Positions 36,587 through 47,209 of a stretch of DNA of 64,000 nucleotides are shown in pieces. The notes below the pieces were generated by a model, which worked only from the letters and a program-made list of their open reading frames with translations, did no database searches and was not told where the DNA came from. Position 1 is the first letter of the stretch. Each line of letters begins with the position of its first letter. The position numbers were made by a program, and so were the translations under genes. The stretch comes from Cyanophora paradoxa CCMP329 (Eukaryota; Plantae; Glaucophyta): positions 115,209 to 179,208 of the forward strand of contig QPMI01000174.1 of NCBI GenBank assembly GCA_004431415.1. Direction: 5' to 3'.

Positions 36587-38827
36587 ATGGAGGCAAGGAG
36601 ATCAAGCGGAACTTGTTATCAATAGCATCTCGCCGGCCCCGAGCCGGCGAGCGAGGATCCAGCTATGTCGATAGACAACCCAAGAACCGGCCTGGAAGTC
36701 GGCCCCTTCCGCCCTGCGTCCCCGCGCGCATAGCTAATGTGCGGGCCTTCCTGCAGTGGGTCGCGTCGGTGTTCTGGTTCTTGCAAATCGCCTGCGGATG
36801 CGTCTTCCTCATCCCGCAGGGTGCGCTTTGGCCTCCTTTCGCCCCTCCTTGCCTCCTTCCTTTGCCTTCCTTGGCCTTTCGTTCCTTGGCCTTCTTTTGC
36901 CTCCTTGGCCTCCTTGTGCCCTTCCGCAGCGGCGCGGCTTACGCCGCCGGCAGCTATGCTGAACAGGAAGAGACAGACGACCAGCGGCCTGAGCATGGTT
37001 ATGATCGCCATATGGCTCACGGGCCGGTGCACGTCGATCATGCAGCTTGTACGTGCCCTTGCACGCTTGCAGGGGTCCACGGGCTCGTGCACTGACCGTT
37101 GGGGATCCCCCAACAAGATGTACATGAGGCGGTTCCCGTGGGCGAACGCCGCCGGCTTCTACGAGCTCTTCATGACGATCTTCTTCATGATCAACTGCAT
37201 CTTCATTCTCCGGCAGTACTTCATCTACGACAGGTCCCGCCCGCCGCTCCCCTGCCTTCTGGTGGGGGGCTGACGAGGGCGCGGCGCGCAGCTCGCTGTC
37301 CAAGGGCAGGATAAAGCTCGCGCCCCTGTACATCGTGCTCTCTGCCGCGTGCCTCTCCAGCGGCATTTACTGCCTGATGATCGTGCGCCCCTCCCCCCTC
37401 CCTCCTCCCGGCGCCCTTCCTTTCCCTTCCTTTCTCGGGGGCGCTGAGGGCCCTCCTCCACCGTCCCAGGGAGTCGAGTTCACGGATTACGAGTGGGTGT
37501 ACCCCTACGTGGGCCTGTACCCCACCGTGGCCGTGGCGGCGGGCTACCTCATCCAGCTCATCGTCATCATGGGTGCGGGCCCCTTCGCCCCGCCGCGCGG
37601 CCGTTCCCGAAGGGCGCCGCAGTGCTGCGGAACGGCTCGGGCGTGAGCCGGCTCGGCGTCTCTATCGACACCGTCCGGACCCTCTGCGCCGTCCCGCAGG
37701 TCCGCCGGCGCCGCCGGGGCGCCGCACTGCCCGCTCGCCCGCCCGCCCGCCCGCTCACGTCCGCCCCAGTTCACGCTGTACTACTACGCGAACATCGCCA
37801 TGCAGTACCAGGGGACCGTCACGAGGTCCGCCCTGCTTCCCGCCGGCTTCCCCCGCGAAGCGCCCCGAGCTCGCAGCGCAGCTCGTTCGTGGCGCACGCG
37901 GCGGCGCTGACCTTCCAGGTCCTCGTGCTGCTCCTCACCTTCGCGTACCGCGGGCGCGAGATCCGCCGCAAGCGGAGGAAGGACGACCGGGAGGCCGGGG
38001 CCACCCAGTGGGCCGTGCGCCCCTCCCGCCCCGCCCCTCTCTTCCCCAGGGCTCATGCGGGGACGGCGCAGGTGCGGCGGCGGCGGAGGCCCCTCGCGAC
38101 GATCGCGCCGGCCTCGTCGGTGCCGGTGGGCGGGGCGGGCCCGATCCTGCCGCTGACGGCGGCGGCGAGCCTGCGGGCGGCGAACCCGCGGGCCTTCACG
38201 GACGTGCAAGGGCCGCGGCCGCCCTCGCCCTCGCACGTCCAGCCGCTCTTCAGGCGGGTGGTCAGCATGGGCAGCGTCGCCAACGCCGTCGCCGCCGGCC
38301 GCAGCCTCGTCGCCGGCGCCCTCGCCAACGCCCGCACCCGCATCAGCCAGGTGCCCGCCCTCGCCGGCCCCGCCGCGCCCCGCGCCCCGCGCTGACGGGG
38401 GCGGGCGGGACGGCAGGTGCGGAGGCAGCCGACGATCGAGGTGGAGGAGAGCCTGCCGGGGGCGGTCCAGTCGAAGGAGAAGCAGAGCCCGCAGACGGAC
38501 GAGGAGCGGCCCGACTTCGTCGCCGGGCGCGCCGCACGGGGCCTCATCCGCGATCCGAGCCCCGCGCGCGCGCCCCACTCGCGCTCGCCCTCCCCGCCCC
38601 CGGCCGTCCGCATGACCGGCGTCGTCGTCGCCCCTCCCGAGGAGGAGGCCCCGGCCGCAGAGTCGGTCCCGGAGCCCGGGCCGTCGGCCGCAGCGGCCCG
38701 CGCCCGCCCCAGCGGCGGCCTGCGCGCCAGCGAGGCCCGGCGGCCCCCGCCGCGCGGCGGCCCGCCCGAGCCGGGCGGGGCCGAGCTCGAGGCGCTGCCG
38801 GGGTCGGTCGCCGACGCCCCGGGCTGA
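36587..38827 (+). CDS. Multi-pass membrane protein (about 7 TM) with cytoplasmic tail
   Basis: Series of hydrophobic exons (WVASVFWFLQIACGCVFL, FYELFMTIFFMINCIFIL, TVAVAAGYLIQLIVIM, LTFQVLVLLLTFAY); start uncertain. Confidence 0.65.
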
Positions 38828-39614
38828 CGCACCCTCCCTCTATCTAATACGTAACTGCCTAGCTTAATCGCCTATCGTTTAGTGCCTTCTCGTTAGTATG
38901 TTGTAATAGTTCTAGTAGTTGGTTATCTTATGGACTTCGTGGCTATTTCTTTCAATTGAACCTATCCGATAATTCTAACGTCCGACTCGGCGACCCACTG
39001 GGCCCAGCCAGTGCTCGCCGCACCATGCCCGCCGCCCGGCGCTCGTGGGCCCTTGGCCGCCCTCTTCTGCCCTGCGCCGCGGCGTGATTGGAACTTGTCA
39101 ATTGCCGCAGTGCAATTCGCAATCGCAAGTTGGGAGCACAGCGGCATGAGCATTTAGTCTCACGGCAACGCTCATCAGCATGCGCAGGGATTTGATTCGA
39201 ATTCAGACCGTCGGACGTCCGATATCGATATCCATCGCGACCGTCGGACTCGGGACGTCCGACTCGGGATCCGGAATATCACTGAGTCATGATATCGATC
39301 AATCCGATGATCCGATATCGATGCCATGATGATCCGGCCCGGAATCATTGAATCCGATGATCCGCATCCAAGCCAATGCCCGGGCCCAGGCCTCAGGCCC
39401 AGGCTCAGGGCCTCTCGCCGGCACCCGTCACGGCCTGGGCCGGCGCATGCGCAATTGGCATGCGCATGCGCTTTGATTTTCACTGATCATCCATTCAGAT
39501 AAGCGAACATCATGTGTCACGATCAAATGCACTGACTAAACGCATCAAATCGATGGGTGGATGCACACGCGGGGCACTACTTCCCCGCACTCGAATACCT
39601 GCACAACTCGGGAG

Positions 39615-41687
39615 TCATACCTGTCTAGGATTGCCCTGACAGATCCACGAAGCTTGAGCGGAAGCTAACGGTTGCGGATGCATCTGAAAACTGCACGGCC
39701 GCGGAGGCCACCCTACTGCTACTATAGCCAAGAGCGTGGCATGCGTGTCAAAAGTCGCGGCGCTTCGGGGCGCCCTTGCGGCGGGATGCGCCGCCCCCGG
39801 AGGGCGCCTCCGCCGCGCCGCCGTCGCTCGGGCTGCTGCCCTCGGCGGGCCCCGGCCCCGGCCCCTCCTCGGAGCCGCCGTCACCGCGGGCGCGCTTCGG
39901 GAGCGAGGCGGCGCGGCCGGTGAAGGCTCGCGGGGACGTGCCCCCGATAGGCCGGTGGAGGGCCGCCGCCGCGCCTCGCCAGGGTCTCCCTCGCTCAGCT
40001 CGCGGTCGGGGGATGGGACGGGCGAGCGGGCCGGGGGTGGACCGAGGAGGGGGGTGGGGGCCTGCTGGAGCTGGGGGCCGCTGGGCGGGGCGGGGGCGGA
40101 CTCGGCGAGGGGCATGGGGTAGGCGCGCGGGCTGCCGCCCTCCTCGTGGTTGCCGGGGAGGAAGGGGGAGCAGAAGACGACGGCGGCGGTGACGTCGTCG
40201 TGGATCATACGGCGGGCGGGGCCCGGGGGCAGCTGCCCGACCATGCTCAGGCTCAGCCCGATCCCGTCCGCCGCCGTCTCGATGCACTTCTCTACGAGGC
40301 GCGCCGCCGCCGCCGCCGCGCCGTGCCGCCGCCCGGCGGCTTCCTCGCCCGGGCGCTCGCGCTCGCGGCCGGCGCTGCGGGGGGGCGGGGGGGCCCAGGG
40401 GACGCAGTCGGCGACGATGCGGACGACCTCGTCGTTGGAGAGCTCCTCGTAGAGCCCGTCCGAGGCGAGCACGAAGAAGTCGCCGGGCCGCACCGTCGCG
40501 CACCGCACCTCCGGCTCGGCGCTGATGTACGAGCGCTCGGGCACGCTCCTCCGCAGCGCCTCGGGCACGAGCTCCGCCAGGCCGGCCTTGAGGTACGCGT
40601 CCCCGAAGGCGCGAGTCACGAGGAGCGTCCCCCTCACGCGCAGCGTCCCCTCCTCTGCGATGCTCGCCTCATCGGGCATCACCGGCTCGTTCGTCACTGT
40701 CGACAGCACCGCGCCCGCGTCGCCTGCGCGTGCCGACCCAATTCAGCGCCGGCGCGGCGGTAACGCGCGCCCGCGAGTGCCGGGGCGCACCGGAGCGCTT
40801 TATGACCGCGGCGATCTCCTCTCTGGAGCGGGTGTTGTGGTCGTTCGAGAGCACCTCGCACGTGTACTTGCTGCGGTCGTGGGGGTCTCTTCGCCCCAGA
40901 ACCGCCCTAGAGTCGCCCGCGTTCGCCACGTAGAGCTTGTCACCCCGTAGCAATGCCAACTGCAGAACCTATCAGAAGCGGAACCGGTGCGCGGGCAGGG
41001 CACGGCGCACGAGTCCGCATGATCCGACACCGATAACGTCCAGGATTGCTGGGCCCGGCGGCGTTCCTGCGGACTTCTCTACGAGTTCCTTGATCTACGC
41101 AGAGAGCGAGTCAGGCAATTAGACTGTATTGACCAGAGAGTTTGGTTGCTCGTGCGCTGACCTTCCTGTGGACGTGCTCCTCCAGATACAAACTGCGGCA
41201 GGGCAGTTATGTGATGGGCGAGCAGTCTTCTTGCATGCGCGCGCATCCGACAGGACGACGCACCTATCCGCTTCCAAGAAGGCCGCTGAGAGCGCGGCTT
41301 CTGGACTTTTGATCCCCTCCGGGGAATCCAGGTGCTTCCTGACAATCCCAAGGAGGTTTTTCTTCAAGAAAGAAGCCACAGAGGTGCCGCCGTGCCTGCA
41401 GGGCGGGTGTGAGAGGCACGTTGGCGCGTGATTTCGCTGACGGGCAGGGCGTCCGCCGGCTACGGAGGCGCGTCCAGGCAAGAAGCGCACCCATCGAAGA
41501 CTGCCCAGACGTGTGAGGGCCCGGCAGGGCTAGATCTCGACGCGTCCTCGTCCGCTGCGAAGGCATCCTCAATCGTCTCGTTCGCTGCAAGCTGCGCGAC
41601 GGCCCAGCGGCCGCTTCCGCACGAGTCCTCCACAATCTCCAGTGCTTCAAGAGCGCACGAATTGGCCCTCCTCTTCCTGGGCGGCAT
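39615..41687 (-). CDS. Protein phosphatase 2C (PPM family)
   Basis: IEDA, WAVFDG, LYVANAGDSRAVLG, LSNDHN, VTRAFGD, FFVLASDGL, HDDVT; 3' end approximate. Confidence 0.92.
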
Positions 41688-42306
41688 CGATATCGGCGCA
41701 AGCTGCCAGCCAGGTCAGTGTACCCCCGCACACGAGGATAAATTAAAGGATAAGTACTAGTCGAAGTCAATCGCTCATCATTACGCGTACGATTTCACCC
41801 GGCCCGGCCGTCGTCGAAATTGTACGCGCGCGCGTGTGCATATATGCATGTGCAATTGCAAGCTTTAAGGCCCTGCACATGCAGCTGCAGCTGCAGCCTG
41901 CAGGATGATGCAGCCGCTGATCAATGAGCGCCAGTGCTAGCAGCTGCAGCCGCTGATCATGCGGGCCGGCGCTGCTCAGCGCCGCGGCGGCCTCGATGGA
42001 TATCGATGGCGCCGCGGCCGGCAGGCTGAGATGCATATGGATATCGATAGCGTGGTCCGATTCTAGTGAGATCCATCTCGCTGTAGCGCTGTCTTCGAAT
42101 TCAGCCTGTATTTGCGTCCAATTGCAAGGTGATCTCAGGCAGTTTTGCACTCGCAGATCTCTCAATTTGGACGCAAGGTAGGAGAAGCAGTGCAGGCTCG
42201 CCAGCCCCCGAACACGAGCAACTAGAACACGAAATCATCGTCTTAAATTCACTGCGAGGGGCCCGGCGGCCCGCCCTGCGCCGGCTGTGGAGGCGGGGCC
42301 CGCCGC

Positions 42307-44728
42307 TCACAGCTCCTTGACGTAGTTGGACGGGAAGAGGCCGCTGCGGCCGTTCACCTCGCCCTGCCACCAGCCGCTGCGGGAAGGTCAGGGGCGGTGC
42401 GAGGCGTGCCAAGCCCAGGACGAAGCGCTCGCCTGGGGTCCTTGTTCGTCACGTTGATGATCTGGGGCGGGGCGGGGCGCGCGTGGGCGCGCTGGTCGGG
42501 AACGAGGAGGGAGGGAGGGGGACGAGGGGCGGGGCGTGGGGGGAGCACCTCGCCGGCCTCAAAGGAGAGCTCCGAGGGGTCCTGGCCTTCGTAGGGGAAC
42601 AGCGCCTCACACTTCTCCCCCTGCGCCCACCGCCCCGTCGCTCGACCGCCGCCGCCGGCCGCCGCGGCGAGCTTGAGGCGCACCTTCGCCTCCTCGGCGG
42701 CGGCTGCGGCGGCGGCGGGCGCGGCGGGGCGGCGGCGGGCGCCGGCTCGGGGCGGCCTGCGGGGTGCCTCGGTCGGTCGGGCGCCGGCGGCGAAGGCGGG
42801 CGGAAAGGGGGAGGGGGGCTGACGGCGGCGGGGCCGGGCGGGGGACTCGGCGAGAAGCTCGACGTAGTTCGAGGGGAAGAGGCCGGACTTGCCCTTGAGC
42901 TCGCCTGCCGGCCGGGGCGGGGCGGGAGGGGGCGGCTCTCAGGTTCGGGCGGCAGGTGGGGGAGAGTGGGGCGTGGGCAGGGAGGCGGGGCGCACCCTTC
43001 CACCAGCCGGAGGCGTCCTGGTCGAGGATGACGATGATGTCGCCGGCGTCGAAGCTCAGCTCAGTCTCGTCCTGCCCCGCGTACGGGTACAGGCCCTTCG
43101 CCAGCGGGCCCGCGGCGGCCGAGGCGGCCGCGGCGGGGCGGCGGCCGCGGCGGGGCGGCAGCCGCGGCGGGGCGGCGGGCGCCGGCTCCGGCTCACGGAC
43201 CGGCTCGGGCTCGGGCGCGCGGACTGGCTCCGGCTCCGGCTCACGGATCGGCTCGGGCTCGGGCTCACGGATCGGCTCGGGCTCGCGGATGGGCTCGGGC
43301 TCGCGGATGGGCTCGGGCTCGGGCTCGAACTCGGGCTGCTTGGCAGCGTACTTGGGCGAGTCGAAGGCGGGGGCCGGCTCCGCCGGGGGCGCGTACGACG
43401 CGGCCGGCGCCGCCTGCACGGGCGCCTTCGCCGCCGCAGCCGCCGCCGCGGCCACGGACTCCTCCCGCTCGCGCTGCATGTCTGTAGGCAGGCCGCGCGT
43501 GAGGCGCGCGGCGAGAGGCGTGGCACGGCAGGCGCGGCGCGGCGCACCGGCCTCCTGCTGCGCGACGAGGCTGGAGAGGGTCTCCCAGGAGAAGGGCGTG
43601 TGACCGGCGTTCTCTGCCACGTGCCGCTGGAGCGGGCCGGCGGTGGAGGCGACGCCCTGCACGAAGCGCGAGTGCGCGGAGAGCAGCTGCGCGGCGGCCG
43701 GTTCGTCAGAGGCCCCTTAAAAGGAAGGGAAAAGAGACGCGGACGTTCACGAAGGGCGCGTCGATGAGATCGGCGCGGTGGTCGTCGAGGGTCGCAAGCT
43801 GCACGGTGAGCTTCTCGTTGAACTCGGCATACCGGCTCGCGGCAGCCTCCAGCTTGCTCTCCTTCTGCTCGCGCGATCTGAGCACGCGCGCACGGGCCGC
43901 GGCGCGAAGCGCAGGTTGCGCAGGCCCGCGCGCACCTCCTTGAGCTCGGACGGATCGGCCTTGGAGTTCTCGCGGAGGGCCCGGACCTTCCGCCGGTAGC
44001 TGTCGTAGTCCAGCAGCAGCTCCTCGCGCTTCTCCACGTCTTTCTGTGGAGAATGTCAGGCCGAGCGCGCCCTGGGCCGCCGCCCCGCTCGCCTTCAGCT
44101 GCGGCAGCTTCGAGAGAAGCTCCTGGATCGGCCCCATCACAGAGTGTGAGATAGCTTGCTCCTGCGGACGACATTAAGCTCGCGGCCGCCCCAGGGGCAT
44201 GGCGCGGGAGGCGCGCGGGAGGCGCACGAAAGCGACACGCGTGTTCGAATCGACATCGCTGCTGAGCGACGCGAACTCGGTTGCCGCCCCCCGCAGCCGA
44301 GCCTGTTGGTCGTAGAAGCCCGCCATCGACTCGGAGAGCGCCGCAGAGGCGGACACGAATGCTGCCGAGCGTAAATGAGCGGGGCAGGGCAGGCCGCGTA
44401 GCGTCGGAGGCACCCTTTGCGGCCTCGGTGTACTGTTTCAAGTCGCGATAGATCTTTGTCATCGACCGCTCGATGACCGAGTACTTCTCAATGAGCTCCT
44501 GCGGCGAGGTCTCAAATGAGCAACGTTCGAGAAGGGCGGGCTAGCGCGACTATGAGCGCGCCTCGAAGACCGGGTCATGGGTCACTTCGGCACGACCGAT
44601 CTTCTGGAGCACCTGCACCCGGGGGCGTGAGCACGGCGGGTGCGCGCTCGGACAACTAGTTCGCGCGGCGGTTGTTAACCAACCTGCTGCTTTGCGCGCC
44701 GGCGCACGGAGCGCAACTTATCCAACAT
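42307..44728 (-). CDS. BAR domain protein with EPEP repeats and two SH3 domains (amphiphysin/endophilin-like)
   Basis: [28 protein letters not shown] (BAR); [28 protein letters not shown] and [23 protein letters not shown] (SH3). Confidence 0.9.
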
Positions 44729-45344
44729 GCCAGTCATTGCAGGCGCTTCGCAGCTTCGCTTGAACGACTCTGCGTCTGTACCCGGGACTCTTCACTCTCG
44801 TACCCGAAAAACGCGATCGTCTTTCACACTCGCGCGATGTTCGCGCCCGGCCGCCCGCGGCGAAGATGCTGAGCTTTTTGCATCGCTACTTGCCATCCTA
44901 CTGCGCCGATTCCGCGGTCTGCCGGTGCGCGGTCGGCTCCGAGCCCACGCGATCCCAGCTCTTCCGATCGTTCTGACATGCCTTCGAAACGCAGTTTGGG
45001 CCCAAATTTGCTCTCGCTCGCGTGCCGCTCCCTCGCCTGGCCTCGCTCGCGATCATGAGGCCCGTTCGCGGCATCTGCATCGTCTTCAACCTTGCAGCAG
45101 AGCCCGACTTCGCTGAGACATCATGCGGTGCGTTCCTCTTACATGCTAAACCGCCACTCGCGAGTGGTCTGGTGGTTCAAATAGTAATCGCTGCCGTGGC
45201 TGATCGCCGGAGTACGCAGGCATGCGACAAATGCCTGCATTGGTCGAATAAGACTCCTCCATCCATCCTGACAAGCTTCTGCCGCGCGATGGTATGTTGT
45301 GCCCATCAATTTTTCGTGAGCGGCTTTTGGTGTTAGTTTAGAGG

Positions 45345-45430
45345 AGCGCTTCGCTGTGATGGTTTTATGATTAGTCTTATGGATCGCCCTCGGGCGCTGA
45401 CACCAATTGCACCATTGCTGAGCAAGCGCT
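45345..45430 (+). ncRNA. Candidate box C/D snoRNA upstream of the array
   Basis: Terminal stem AGCGCTT/AAGCGCT, C-like GTGATGG, D box CTGA; target not identified. Confidence 0.45.
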
Positions 45431-45767
45431 TTGAATTCGCCCCTCATTCAGCGTTCTTCCCCCGTTTTCCTCTCCTCGTTTCTCTGCACACACAAATTAC
45501 CCGAGCCTGATTCTCCCTGACGGCCGGGTGCCGAAGTGTGCCACAATGAAGGGAGGCTGGGCTCATCAGGACCTTCGGCGGGGCGCCCCTCTGCTGGGCC
45601 CCTGTAGTGCCCTCTTCCCACAGACCCTTACCCGCTATCTCTCATGTCTGAAGAGCTTGCGTTGGTTGTATAACGTGACGTGTCAAGCAGGCGGCGAACA
45701 TGTCTTCGCCGTCTCCCATAAGCCATGCACACACTCATGGTGCGCGCCGCTTTGGGGGGTGGGACTA

Positions 45768-45857
45768 GCTGCCGAGGACGAAAGAATCGCTACCCGCGCT
45801 TAGGCTGAGGGTTCTTTGATCTCACTAGCGTCTCTTCCTAGAGCTCCCTGAGGCTGC
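45768..45857 (+). ncRNA. Box C/D snoRNA, LSU rRNA guide (one copy per unit)
   Basis: TACCCGCGCTT is antisense to conserved LSU AAGCGCGGGUA, shortly before a CTGA D' box; terminal CTGA. Confidence 0.7.
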
Positions 45858-46032
45858 CGCCCGCGTCCGCCCCCGACCGGCCCCGCCCCGCCCGCGAGCC
45901 TGACCGCCGCCGCCGCAGGCCACCCGACGGAACTCGCCGGCATCGTTCGGCCTCTACATCGTTCGGCCTCTACACACGTCCCTGCACGGTGCGCGGTACG
46001 AGGGTTTCGTTGCTGGGAGGCGGGCGGGCGGG

Positions 46033-46110
46033 GTGCAAGGAAGAAGTAAATAGTTATCCCTGTCTGAGAACGATAGCCGTGCGGATTTAATCACAGTTTG
46101 TCGGAGCGCC
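46033..46110 (+). ncRNA. snR38: Box C/D snoRNA, snR38/SNORD1 homologue (one copy per unit)
   Basis: AGTTATCCCTGT-CTGA, antisense to LSU ACAGGGAUAACU; the conserved snR38 guide plus D'. Confidence 0.85.
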
Positions 46111-46270
46111 CCCTCGCGCCCGCCGCGCGCCTCCAGCCCCCCCGCCCCTCGCGTCCGTTGGGCGGCCGCTGATCCGAGCGCCGACAGAGTGTGCACGGTG
46201 AGCCAAGAGCCTGCCAACGCTCGTCGCCGATCACGGTTCGCACGGGGCGCGCGGGGCCGGGGCGGGGCGG

Positions 46271-46357
46271 GTGCTGAGGATTAAACAAGTTTCATGCACC
46301 ACGCATAAATCCGTTGATGAAACCTATCACACCACACCAAACCTTGTATGAAGCATC
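46271..46357 (+). ncRNA. Box C/D snoRNA, SSU rRNA guide (one copy per unit)
   Basis: C-like TGAGGA, CATGCACCAC antisense to SSU GUGGUGCAUG, C' TGATGA, D-like ATGA, terminal stem. Confidence 0.7.
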
Positions 46358-46537
46358 GCCTAGCCCCTCGGGAGCTCGCTGCGTCGCCGGGCATTGACTG
46401 AGCGCGCACCCGCAGGCGCCGGCAACGCGCGGGGCGACGAGGCGCATCGGCAAGCGGGCGGGGGCCCTGCTCTCTTCGGCGCCCCTCTTCTGTTCCGCCG
46501 GTGCGGCCTGGGCGGGGCGTGGCGGGCGGGGCGGCGG

Positions 46538-46659
46538 GTCTCTGTGATGCTACAAGATGACGAGACATAAGGGATTGACCGCGGAGCGCTAGTTCATGTT
46601 TTATGGGCTGCGCTCCGAGGTCGCCCGCTGCTGACGTAAGGAGGCATTTGTCTGAGGCG
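46538..46659 (+). ncRNA. U15: Box C/D snoRNA, U15/SNORD15 homologue (one copy per unit)
   Basis: AGATGACGAG near box C and GAGGCATTTGT-CTGA at the 3' end, antisense to LSU CAAAUGCCUCGUCAUCU, as in U15. Confidence 0.85.
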
Positions 46660-46837
46660 ACCCTAGCCGCCAGCAGGGGGGCCCTCCGACCACGCCGCCG
46701 GCCGCCCTTTCAACTGACGACGGGACGCAGGGCCGGCGCGGCGCTGAGAGGCGATGCGAAGCCGACGCGGCGCGACCGAGCCGGCCTGCCGAGGTGCGCG
46801 GGGGCGTGTGCCGAGAGTAGAGGGGTTAGGCGGGGGC

Positions 46838-46929
46838 GTCGCGGTGATGTTCTGCTATCTGACACCTCTTGTTTGAATGGGGGCCCTCGGGCCTCCATGA
46901 ACGGAATTAGCTTTGCAGTTCTGATGCAA
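46838..46929 (+). ncRNA. Box C/D snoRNA, SNORD60/snR48-like (one copy per unit)
   Basis: GTGATGT box C, TCTGACACCTC antisense to LSU GAGGUGUCAGA, terminal CTGA. Confidence 0.75.
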
Positions 46930-47097
46930 TAGCCGGCTCGCGCCCCCTGCCCCCTCTCTCCCGGCACAGCAATCGCGTCTGACAAGGCGCCTTGCGAGCA
47001 GACGGAGCAAGGGGAGGCATCGGCAACGAGACGGGGCAACGCGCCGAGGGCGGACGGTGCGGGGCGGGCGGGGGCGGGGGCGGGGGCGGGCGCGATA

Positions 47098-47209
47098 GCC
47101 CAATGATTGCCCTCGAGGAGGTCTGCTTGAGCTGGCGCGGCCGCCGCCCCCCGGGCGCGCCCTAGCGCCGCAGCGAGCGATGGAGACCGGTTGATCTTAG
47201 TCTGAGGGC
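47098..47209 (+). ncRNA. Box C/D guide RNA, probable U2 snRNA (scaRNA-type) guide; copies in units 1-3
   Basis: GCCC/GGGC terminal stem, ATGATTG, TTGATCTTAG antisense to U2 CUAAGAUCAA before CTGA. Confidence 0.6.

Noticed and set aside
11457-45000. Many long overlapping Arg/Pro/Gly/Ala-rich ORFs in the track
   Set aside because: Shadow frames or intron read-through caused by high GC; real genes were assembled from motif-bearing exons
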